64,000 nt of DNA from assembly GCA_950097015.1 (NCBI GenBank), contig CATNEN010000038.1:14756001-14820000 (forward strand). Direction: 5' to 3'. This DNA comes from Macrostomum hystrix. Its lineage: Eukaryota > Animalia > Platyhelminthes. Below the pieces are notes generated by a model. It made no database searches. It was not told the origin of the DNA and worked only from the letters and a program-made list of their open reading frames with translations. Both the position numbers and the translations under genes were made by a program. Of this stretch, positions 26,101 to 37,074 are shown one piece after another. The stretch's first letter is position 1; each line of letters begins with the position of its first letter.

Positions 26101-29100
26101 GACGAAGCCAAGGAGGGCAAGAGCAAGGAGCAGCTGGAGGCTGAGAAGAAGGCCGCGCTGGAGCAGCGGCTGCAGCCGCTCAGCATCGACGGCTTCGGCG
26201 AGTCGCAGCTGCAGGAGAAAGCTAAGGAGCTGTTTAACAAAATCTACTCGCTGGAGGGTGACAAATACGATCTGGAGCAGCGCTTCAAGGCCCAGAACAT
26301 GGAGGTGAATGCTCAAGATATTTGCTTCTAGTCTCCAGGCACAAGGAATTCTAAACTTAGCAACTTATAATCATGTTCAGTCAAATACGTTCTAGACATG
26401 ATACTCAAACGAGTAAATGATTTTTTGACATGGTATCTAAAATTCAAGGCTTAAAGTCAAGGAAGTCAAGGACTTCAAAAACGTTTAACCAAACTATCCG
26501 AGTGAGTCTAGGATTTCTAAAACATAGTATCTGAGTGAGTCTAGGATTTTTAAACATAGTATCTGAGTGAGTCTATAGGATCTCTAAACATAGTATCCGA
26601 GTGAGTCTAGGATTTCTAAAACATAGCATCCGAGTGAGTCTAGGATCTCTAAACATAGCATTCGAGTGAGTCTAGGATTTCTAAAACATAGCATCCGAGT
26701 GAGTCTAGGATCTATAAACATAGTATCTGAGTGAGTCTAGGATTTCTAAACATAGCATCCGAGTGAGTCTAGGATTTCTAAACATAGCATTCGAGTGAGT
26801 CTAGGATCTCTAAACATAGCATTCGAGTGAGTCTAGGATTTCTAAAACATAGCATCCGAGTGAGTCTAGGATCTATAAACATAGCATTCGAGTGAGTCTA
26901 GGATCTCTAAACATAGCATTCGAGTGAGTCTAGGATCTCTAAACATAGCATCCGAGTGAGTCTAGGATCTCTAAACATAGCATTCGAGTGAGTCTAGGAT
27001 TTCTAAAACATAGCATCCGAGTGAGTCTAGGATTTCTAAACATAGTATCTGAGTGAGTCTAGGATCTCTAAACATAGCATTCGAGTGAGTCTAGGATCTC
27101 TAAACATAGCATTCGAGTGAGTCTAGGATTTCTAAAACATAGTATCTGAGTGAGTCTAGCATCTCTAAACATAGCATTCGAGTGAGTCTAGGATTTCTAA
27201 AACATAGTATCTGAGTGAGTCTAGGATCTCTAAACATAGCATTCGAGTGAGTCTAGGATCTCTAAACATAGCATTCGAGTGAGTCAAGGATTTCTAAAAA
27301 ATAGCATCTGAGTGAGTCTAGGATTTCTAAACACACCAAGTTGAAATAAATGATCCACTTTCTTTCAGATGGTTGAACTCTCAGAGCGCGCCAGACAGAA
27401 TCAGAAGGGGTAAATAAAATAACATATTTTAGTGGCGATATTTAAATTCAATTGAGGAATTATATCCCTCGTCGCTTCCACACCTTTTTAGCGGTCAAAA
27501 GGGCAGCACAAACAAAGTTCAGACCGCGCCGTAAGCTTATAAATTGAGAAATTGATTCTGCTTTTTAAAAAAAGCTTTCTTTGTAAAATGTTCATTCATT
27601 TTAACAAAACGATGATTCATTGTTTACTATGGTAACTTCTTTTTCCAGGGACCCGTTGGCCGAGAAATTAAGCGGAATTCCAGTAAGCTAAAACAAATAT
27701 TTAAAGCTAAGAACTTGCTAACACAGAACAATCAGACTTTTAATTGATGCATGGTCCATGTTTTAGAATAGCTTATTTATAGCATACAAATCCTATTCTA
27801 TAATCAATTAAATGTGTACTTTAGAATATGTACAATCCTCTAATCATAATCTGTACAGTTCTTACTGAAGAATGTGTACAATACTCTCTTCAGAATATGT
27901 ACAATCCTCACTTTAGAATATGTACAATCCGTACTTCAGAATGTGTACAATCCGTACTTTAGAATGTGTACAATCCTCACTTTAGAATGTGTACAATCCT
28001 CACTTTAGAATGTGTACAATCCGTACTTTAGAATGTGTACAATCCGTACTTTAGAATGTGTACAATCCGTACTTCAGAATGTGTACAATCCGTACTTTAG
28101 AATGTGTACAATCCTCACTTTAGAATGTGTACAATCCTCACTTTAGAATGTGTACAATCCGTACTTTAGAATGTGTACAATCCTCACTTTAGAATGTGTA
28201 CAATCCGTACTTTAGAATGTGTACAATCCGTACTTTAGAATGTGTACAATCCTCACTTTAGAATGTGTACAATCCGTACTTTAGAATGTGTACAATCCTC
28301 ACTTTAGAATGTGTACAATCCTCACTTTAGAATGTGTACAATCCGTACTTTAGAATGTGTACAATCCTCACTTTAGAATGTGTACAATCCTCACTTTAGA
28401 ATGTGTACAATCCGTACTTTAGAATATGTACAATCCGTACTTTAGAATATGTACAATCCGTACTTTAGAATATGTACAATCCGTACTTTAGAATATGTAC
28501 AATCCGTACTTTAGAATGTGTACAATCCGTACTTTAGAATGTGTACAATCCGTACTTTAGAATGTGTACAATCCTCACTTTAGAATGTGTACAATCCTCA
28601 CTTTAGAATGTGTACAATCCTCACTTTAGAATGTGTACAATCCGTACTTTAGAATGTGTACAATCCGTACTTTAGAATATGTACAATCCGTACTTTAGAA
28701 TATGTACAATCCGTACTTTAGAATGTGTACAATCCGTACTTTAGAATGTGTACAATCCGTACTTCAGAATGTGTACAATCCGTACTTTAGAATGTGTACA
28801 ATCCGTACTTCAGAATGTGTACAATCCGTACTTTAGAATGTGTACAATCCGTACTTTAGAATATGTACAATCCGTACTTTAGAATGTGTACAATCCTCAC
28901 TTTAGAATGTGTACTATCCTTTCTTTAGATTCTGTACAAGATTCTCTTTAGACTCTGAACAAGACTCTTTAGAATGTGTACAATCCTTTCTCTAAATTGT
29001 AAAATGTAGATTGTGTACAATGCCATATTCTGCACCGTGTACTTCCAGCCCAAGATCATCATGTACAGCCAGTACGAGCGAGTGAAGGATCGCAGAGATT

Positions 29101-29261
29101 TCGGAGAGCGTCAGGAACTATTCAAGGGCCCAATTTACGGAGTCGAGTACGAGAGAATCATGCCGTCTAACAAGGTCATCATCACCGACCAGGGCCCCAG
29201 GGTGGTTGGCGAGAACAACAACGAACATGGCAACGGGCAGACGGAAAATGCCGAGGAGTAA
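20180..29261 (+). CDS. TnT: Troponin T; exons 20180-20199, 21473-21580, 21708-21747, 22370-22486, 22574-22660, 23312-23452, 25213-25230, 26083-26304, 27369-27409, 27492-27530, 27649-27682, 29049-29261
   Basis: E/R/K coiled coil, RNFTINKK, KSKEQLEAEKKAALEQRLQPL, LEGDKYDLEQRFK, PPKIIMYSQYERVKDRRDF (invertebrate TnT C-terminus). All junctions are in phase. Confidence 0.9.
20210..21410. repeat. 23-bp minisatellite (aatctaccctagatacgtctata), TnT intron 1
   Basis: Tandem copies. Confidence 0.95.
21900..22340. repeat. (CAAA/CAA)n microsatellite-like tract, TnT intron 3
   Basis: Low-complexity A/C tract. Confidence 0.9.
22798..23215. repeat. 19-20-bp minisatellite (gacagtatctaacctgtta), TnT intron 5
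   Basis: Tandem copies. Confidence 0.95.
23760..24070 (+). mobile_element. SINE family 2 copy
   Basis: tRNA-like head gtggcagagcggttaacgcg...gagctcgattcc; body shared with the copies at 40470, 53625 and 59060. Confidence 0.85.
25680..26000. repeat. ~40-bp degenerate minisatellite (gatgggaaatgaatcccctagtttgtaaataatccc...)
   Basis: Tandem copies. Confidence 0.8.
26495..27332. repeat. 32-33-bp minisatellite (gagtgagtctaggatctctaaacatagcattc), TnT intron 8
   Basis: Tandem copies. Confidence 0.95.
27810..28985. repeat. 23-bp minisatellite (tagaatgtgtacaatccgtactt), TnT intron 11
   Basis: Tandem copies. Confidence 0.95.
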
Positions 29262-30084
29262 TTCAACAGACTTAGAATCCATAATACTCAGCCCTTCTAA
29301 CCAGCACTTAAAGCACTTGAAATCTATAACGTTAGGATAATAAAAAAATGTCTATTTAAACTAATCGTAGAAGAACTTTGCAGCCTTACTAATCCAAGTT
29401 TCTACAACTGTTTAAGGAAAAACATACTTGCTCATTCATTACTAACAGTAGCTTATAATATGTTTTAATAAAAAGTTTTATAGGTTTTTTGTTTAACTAA
29501 AATGATTCAATTCTTTCGTTCACAAAAAAGCCGTTAAAATAGCTCGTAGTTGCTGTAGACAACTCAGCAATTAAATCTCAATAAAATTTCTATATCATTT
29601 TATGTAATACTATTAGGCCAGCTGTTTTCATTTGATACTGTTATAATTTATTTCTGACCTATAAAAATTTCTGTGACTATGATAAACTATGACATATTTT
29701 TTCCTAAACTGTTTTTAAACGAAATGAAAAATGAAGACAAGACAAACATAATTGTCCATTATAAAAACTTTATTTGTAAAATTAGACAGGTAAAATAGTT
29801 TTTTTCCTATGAATTTCAGATTAATAATCTATAAAATTAGTTTTTTAAATTATGTCCACTCAAAGTCAGACGCAATAGAAGTACGACAGAAGGTCCAAAA
29901 CGTGGAGCAGTGCAAACTTTAAATCCAACGCTTCGAAGGACAATTACGCTCGCATATAGGTAAAAATAAAATAATAAGAAAATCAAAACTATAGTTTTCA
30001 AATTTCTTACTTTTGCAACTGTTATTAAAATTCGAAATCAAACAATCAAAAAATCTAAATGACAAAATCCATGCCTGTTCGTGA

Positions 30085-30905
30085 CTGCTCATGGGTCATG
30101 ATGGAAATGACGTCTCTCGGGTCATGACGGAAATGACTGATCATGGATCATGAGAGAAATGACTAATCATGACAGAAATGACTGCTCATGGGTCGTGATG
30201 GAAATGACTGATCATGGGTCATGACAGAAATGACTGATCATGGGTCATGACAGAAATGACTGATCATGAGTCATGACAGAAATGACTGATCATGAGTCAT
30301 GAGAGAAATGACTGATCATGAGTCATGACAGAAATGACTGATCATGAGTCATGAGAGAAATGACTGATCATGAGTCATGACAGAAATGACTGATCACGAG
30401 TCATGAGAGAAATGACTGATCATGAGTCATGAGAGAAATGACTGATCATGAGTCATGACAGAAATGACTGATCAGGGGCCATGACAGAAATGACTGATCA
30501 TGAGTCATGAGAGAAATGACTGATCATGAGTCATGACAGAAATGACTGATCATGAGTCATGAGAGAAATGACTGATCATGAGTCATGAGAGAAATGACTG
30601 ATCATGAGTCATGACAGAAATGACTGATCAGGGGCCATGACAGAAATGACTGATCATGGGTCATGATGGAAATGTCTGATCGTGGTTCATGACAGAAATG
30701 ACTGATCATGAGTCATGAGAGAAATGACTGATCATGAGTCATGAGAGAAATGACTGATCATGAGTCATGAGAGAAATGACTGATCAGGGGCCATGACAGA
30801 AATGACTGATCAGGGGCCATGACAGAAATGACTGATCAGGGCCATGACAGAAATAACTGATCATGACAGAAATGACTGATCATGACAGAAATGACTGATC
30901 ACGAA
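30085..30905. repeat. 26-bp minisatellite (catgacagaaatgactgatcatgagt)
   Basis: Tandem copies. Confidence 0.95.
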
Positions 30906-31051
30906 CAATGACGATTATTATTGAATCCAACTTATTGAAGGGGAGAAAACGTTAAAAAACAATAAGGGGTAGAGAGTCAATAAAAATATTCCTAGAAAAA
31001 TACCCACATTTCGATATTTCAAAGTCTTCGTTATCCAATCAGTCGCTAACC

Positions 31052-33210
31052 CTAAACCAGTGCAGCCAATTGTTGCACGGTGACATTGCGACCGCCGCAA
31101 ACAACGACAACAATGTCTCCAGATTGCACACTCTCGGGCAGGCGTCGCTCGTAGATGACGGACAGAGCGGCCCCGCAGGCAAGCTCGCTAAGCATGTGGT
31201 GCTCTTCTAGGAAACGCATCGATGCCCTGGCGGCCTCGGCGTCGGTGCAGACAACGCAGGAGGCGGCGTCGTTTCTAAGAAACTCCTGAACAGCCAGCCA
31301 GGCGGCGGAGCAGATCTGCGAAGCTCCCAGGCTGGTGGCTTTGGAGGTGATGCCAGGCAGGGTGACAGGACGGCCGGCTGTCACAGCGGCCGACAGGCAG
31401 TCGGCACCGACGGTCTCGGCCGCAACTAGCATTGTGGAAGACAGGCCGTGCCTGCGAAGACCTTCGGCGATGCCGCTGAGTAAGCCGCCGCCGCCGACGG
31501 CGACAATAATAGCGGCAGGAGGAGACGGCAGCGTTCCGGAGCTGCTGGCGCCCTGAGGAATGTTGAAGGCGTGTGTCTGAAAGACTGACGACAGGAGAGC
31601 CTGAAGGATTGAGGACAGGAAAGCCTGAAGGATTGAAGACAGGAGAGCCTGAAGGATTGAGGACAGGAGAGCCTGAAGGATTGAGGACAGGAGAGCCTGA
31701 AGGATTGAGGACAGGAGAGCCTGAAGGATTGAGGACAGGAGAGTCTGAAGGATTGAGGACAGGAGAGCCTGAAGGATTGAGGACAGGAGGGCCTAAAGGA
31801 TTGAGGATAGGAGAGCCGGAAAAACAGGAAGGCTTGAAGTTGAAGGATAAAAGGCAGGGGTCCTGAAATGTAAAATACAAGCCTGAAGGATGAAATACAG
31901 AAGCCTGATGGATGAACTACAGAAGCCTGATGGATGAAATACAGAAGCCTGATGGATGAACTACAGAAGCCTGATGGATGAACTAAAGAAGCCTGAAGGA
32001 TGAACTACAGAAGCCTGAAGGATGAACTACAGAAGCCTGATGGATGAACTACAGAAGCCTGATGGATGAACTACAGAAGCCTGATGGATGAACTACAGAA
32101 GCCTGAATGGTCAAAGACCATCTCAAATAAACCTAGAATGGCACGACAACAAAAGCAGCCTCAGTCACTCCGCACTCACCGGCAGAATCTCGTCGACAAG
32201 CGAGCTGTTACCCAGCCAGACATCCGGGTGATCGTACGGGTGCACCAGCAGGCTATTGGCATCGGATTCAACCAGAGATTCAGCCTTCGAATGGGCGTCT
32301 CGCCACACGGAGCCGTGTACGAGCACCTCGGCGCCTTCGGCTGCGATGCGTCGACGCATGGACTCCGGGGTGCTGCTGGGCACCACCACAGTGCAGGGCA
32401 GGCCCAGGTGAGAGGCCGCGTAGGCGGCTGCTAAGCCCGCATTGCCGCCGCTGCTGCTCACTACCTGGATGAGTAGGTGGAGGGGTTTGAGCAGCGGTGA
32501 GACTTGGCTGCATTCACTGTTGGCTAATTGGTTACCAAATTTGGCTAATTGGTTGTCTCATAGACTAATTGGTTGCCTATAATAAACTAAATGGTTATCT
32601 AAAAGACTAATTGGTTGTTTAATATACTAATTGGTTGTCTAATTGACTAATTACTTGTTGAACATACTAATTGGTTGTCTAATTGATTAATTAGTTGTTT
32701 AATATACCAATTAGTTGTCTAAATGACTAATTGGTTGTCAAATAGACCAATTGGTGTGCTAATAGACTAAATGGTTGGCGAATAGACTAATTCGTTGGCT
32801 AATTGACTAATTGGTTGGCTAAAATAGACTAATGACTTATCTAGTATACTAATATTAGCATATAATACTAATATGCTAATATGCAAGACAACTAATGGCC
32901 AATTTGTTGACTAAGTTGGCTAAATAGATGCCTATAAGAAAAATAAGTTTTCTAATAGACTAATCGGTTGCCTAATAGACAAATCAGTTGGGTAATTGAC
33001 ATCAAGGCAGCCGCCTACCCGCCCGCAGCCTCGCTCAGCAATGGCCCTCTGCACCATGCAGCCGATGCCGCGAATCTTAAACGACCCAGTCGGCTGACAA
33101 TTCTCCAGTTTGAGCCAGACACGACAGCCGGGCCTGCCCAGAGCATCTGTCAGCGAGCGGCTCTCAATCAGCGGACTGCAAATGTGCAACGGCGCCTGAT
33201 TGGACGGCAT
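31052..33210 (-). CDS. SDS: L-serine/threonine dehydratase (SDS/SDSL family); exons 33210-33019, 32464-32180, 31552-31052
   Basis: PLP-lysine motif KLENCQPTGSFKIRG, SSGGNAG, VGGGGLL, ELACGAAL and VVVCGG. Phase-0 GT-AG introns. Confidence 0.92.
31590..32105. repeat. 24-bp (gacaggagagcctgaaggattgag) then 22-bp (agaagcctgatggatgaactac) minisatellites, SDS intron
   Basis: Tandem copies of two related units. Confidence 0.9.
32520..32990. repeat. Degenerate ~20-bp repeat (gactaattggttgtctaatt), SDS intron
   Basis: Tandem degenerate copies. Confidence 0.8.
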
Positions 33211-33354
33211 TTCCGAATCCAACTTGGCTGCGAATGAAGGGATTCGAATTAAAGGCTTGATTTATATTTTAGGACAGTTAAATAATGTTAATGGGATTAC
33301 AAACCTTCAAATGATTTTTGTATTTTAGGGAAAATTCTGCATCCAAATCTTGAT

Positions 33355-34310
33355 ATCAATGGTGTTGGGAAGATTCCCAATCCCAGAAATCGGGATCGTC
33401 AAGATTTATTTTGGGAACATTTCAAATCTGAGGATCTTGTAGTATTGGGAAAATTTATCTTATAAGGATTTATGGTTTTAGGAAAATACACATTCTGAGA
33501 ATCTAGATGTTAAGAAGATACCTGATCTGAGGATCTATGATGTTAAGAAGATACCTGATCTGAGGATCTATGATGTTGGGAAGATTTTTGATCTGAGAAT
33601 CTAGATGTTGGGAAGATTCCTGATCTGAGGATCTATGATGTTAGGAAGATACCTGATCTGAGGATCTGTGATGTTGGGAAGATTTTTGATCTGAGAATCT
33701 AGATGTTGGGAAGATTCCTGATATGAGGATCTATGATGTTAGGAAGATTCCTGATCTGAGGATCTATGATGCTGGGAAGATTTTTGATCTGAGAATCTAG
33801 ATGTTGGGAAGATTCCTGATCTGAGGATCTATGATGTTAGGAAGATTCCTGATCTGAGAATCTAGATGTTGGGAAGATTCCTGATCTGAGGATCTATGAT
33901 GCTGGGAAGATTTTTGATCAGAGGATCTATGATGTTGGGAAGATTCCTGATCTGAGGATCAATGGTGTTGGGAAGATTTTTGATCTGAGAATCTAGATGT
34001 TGAGAAGAGTTTTGATCAGAGGATCTAGATGTTGGGAAGGTTCCTGATCTGAGGATCAATGGTGTTGGGAAGATTCCTGATGTGAGGATCAATGATGTTA
34101 GGAAGATTCCTGATCTGAGGATCTATGATGCTGGGAAGATTTTTGATTAGAGGATCTATGATGTTGGGAAGATTTTTGATCTGAGAATCTAGATGTTGGG
34201 AAGATTCCTGATCTGAGGATCTATGATGTTAGGAAGATTCCTGATCTGAGAATCTAGATGTTGGGAAGATTCCTGATCTGAGGATCTATGATGTTGGGAA
34301 GATACCTGAT
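33355..34310. repeat. 30/33-bp minisatellite (gatgttgggaagattcctgatctgaggatctat)
   Basis: Tandem copies. Confidence 0.9.
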
Positions 34311-34323
34311 CCATTAGTAGCTT

Positions 34324-34472
34324 CTTTCCACTACATACGTAATATTGTAAGGCCCGTGTATTGTACCACAGCAGCCAACTGGCCTATGAAAATGATGTAG
34401 ATTTTTATAATTGAACCTGGCACCCAAACTGACAACTCGTCTGTCAAATATTGCAATTCTCATCCGAGCTCA
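34324..34472 (-). ncRNA. Candidate structured ncRNA, diverged copy C of the double-hairpin family
   Basis: Homologous to 38670-38827, with compensatory stem changes. Confidence 0.4.
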
Positions 34473-34699
34473 ACTGGGTTCTAGTTGATTATCGATTGAC
34501 ATTTAAATTATATATCCTATTGGTTTTTAGGGGTTTGACGATCCGAAATTAGGAATCACAGTGTGGTTTGACCTTTAAACAAATAATTGGGGATCAGGGA
34601 GCATGGCGATTCTAAACTGAGATAAGGAAGTGTGACAACCTGTAATTAGTAAGGATCAGGGAGTGTTGCAAAATATACTTTAAATGACATCAATAAGTA

Positions 34700-35590
34700 T
34701 GGCGATCCCAATTTGAGGATCTGCAAGGATGGAGGTCACTTTTTGAGGATTTGGGGATCTTGTGATCCGAATTTGAAGATCTGAGAATCTTGGCATCCAA
34801 AATGGAGGACTTGGGAATATTGGGATCAAAACTTGAGGTCCTGAGAATATTGGGATCAAAATTAGAGGTCCTGAGAATATTGGGATCCCAACTTGAGGTC
34901 CTGAGAATATTGGGATCCCAACTCGAGGTCCTGAGAATATTGGGATCCCAACTTGAGGTCCTGAGAATATAGGGATCCCAACTTGAGGTCCTGAGAATGT
35001 TGGGATCCCAACTTGAGGTCCTGAGAATGTTGGGATCCCACTTTAAGGGCCTGGGAATATTGGGATCCAAATTTGAGGTCCTGAGAATGTTGGGATCCCA
35101 ACTTGAGGTCCTGAGAATGTTGGGATCCCAACTTGAGGTCCTGAGAATGGTGGGATCCCAACTTGAGGTCCTGAGAATGGTGGGATCCCAACTTGAGGTC
35201 CTGAGAATGTTGGGATCCCAACTTGAGGTCCTGAGAATGTTGGGATCCCAACTTGAGGTCCTGAGAATGTTGGGATCCCAACTTGAGGTCCTGAGAATGT
35301 TGGGATCCCAACTTGAGGTCCTGAGAATGGTGGGATCCCAACTTGAGGTCCTGAGAATGGTGGGATCCCAACTTGAGGTCCTGAGAATGTTGGGATCCCA
35401 ACTTGAGGTCCTGAGAATGGTGGGATCCCACTTTAAGGGCCTGGGAATATTGGGATCCCAACTTCAGGTCCTGAGAATCTTGGGATCCCAACTTGAGGTT
35501 GAGAGAATATAGCAGTGATCCCAAATGGAGGATCGCAGAATCTTGTCATGCCAACTGAAGTCTCTGGGAATCTTGGGATCTCAACTTGAG
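34700..35590. repeat. 30-bp minisatellite (tgggatcccaacttgaggtcctgagaatgt)
   Basis: Tandem copies; source of the spurious repetitive ORFs. Confidence 0.95.
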
Positions 35591-36091
35591 GATCTAGGTG
35601 TGCGTTGAACGTAAATTTAAGCATGCCAGTGCCTGGTTAGGGTTAAGTGGTTTAAGTAGTTAGGGTATGAATAATTTAACAAAGGCAAGCAAGACGAAAC
35701 AGGTGATAATTTACCGATGAAATTTATTTAAGCCGACTGACAGCTGATAAATTCACTTATTTATTGCTTTTTTGAGTAAGCACTATTAATTATTTCGATT
35801 ATTAGAAAAATAAAGCAATTAAAAAGTTAGGACCGACAATAGAAAGCTGATTGACATGGGTTGAAATGCATTGCCTACTGACTACTGCTACTGTAGATTA
35901 ACCGATTGAGCGGATAAAAAGCACTGAATTAAAAAGCGAAAATTGTTTCATGTCTTCCGTACTTTTACACAATTTTCATTTTATAATTAAACAAAAATAC
36001 GAAAATAAAGCACAGAGAGCATTCTAATTAATTACAAGTTATATATAAAATTAAGTCAGACAAAATTAATTATAAGACACATAAGATTATT

Positions 36092-36565
36092 GACCTGTTC
36101 TAGTCTAGATATTCAGCTAGTGAGTTTACCTGTTCTAGTCTAGATATTCAGCTAGTGAGTTTACCTTTTCTAGTCTAGATATTCAGCTAGTGAGTTTACA
36201 TGTTCTAGTCTAGATATTCAACTAGTGAGTTTACCTGTTCTAGTCTAGATATTCAGCTAGTGAGTTTACATGTTCTAGTCTAGATATTCAACTAGTGAGT
36301 TTACATGTTCTAGTCTAGATATTCAACTAGTGAGTTTACATGTTCTAGTCTAGATATTCAACTAGTGAGTTTACCTGTTCTAGTCTAGATATTCAGCTAG
36401 TGAGTTTACCTGTTCTAGTCTAGATATTCAACTAGTGAGTTTACCTGTTCTAGTCTAGATATTCAGCTAGTGAGTTTACCTGTTCTAGTCTAGATATTCA
36501 GCTAGTGAGTTTACCTGTTCTAGTCTAGATATTTATCTAGTGAGTTTACCTGTTCTAGTCTATAT
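36092..36565. repeat. 35-bp minisatellite (acctgttctagtctagatattcagctagtgagttt)
   Basis: Tandem copies. Confidence 0.95.
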
Positions 36566-37074
36566 ATCGATACAGTATACAGTCAACACCTTTGCTTTGG
36601 CCATGTAAAAAGCATGCATATCTTAGAAATTAGAGTTGTATATAGCTAGCAATTTAAATATAACGTGCAACACAAGCTGTTAGGCATGCTTAAGTTACAA
36701 ATCATGTTTTCTTGTATGGCATGTGCATTCACAACGACCAATGATTATAGAAAGGCTTTTCAATTAGCCGACCTAAAAAAGATAATTAGTTACACAAAGA
36801 CTTGAATTGAGAATATGATTAAGCAAATTTGAATATATATGTTTGCTGCTAAAAAATTATATAAAATGCTTCACCTGAATGAACTAAACTAAAATTGGAA
36901 AGAGCAAAAAATATGAATTTTCGAAAGAGAAATTGGGAGTAGCATTTTTAGTCACAACAGAAAATTATTATGATTATAGAAGCAATATAAATAGTTGTTT
37001 ATAGTCGTTCACTGCCTCAAAAGACAGTTAAATTAGCAATAGCGAGCCAGCTGAATAATTGATGTGACGTCATC

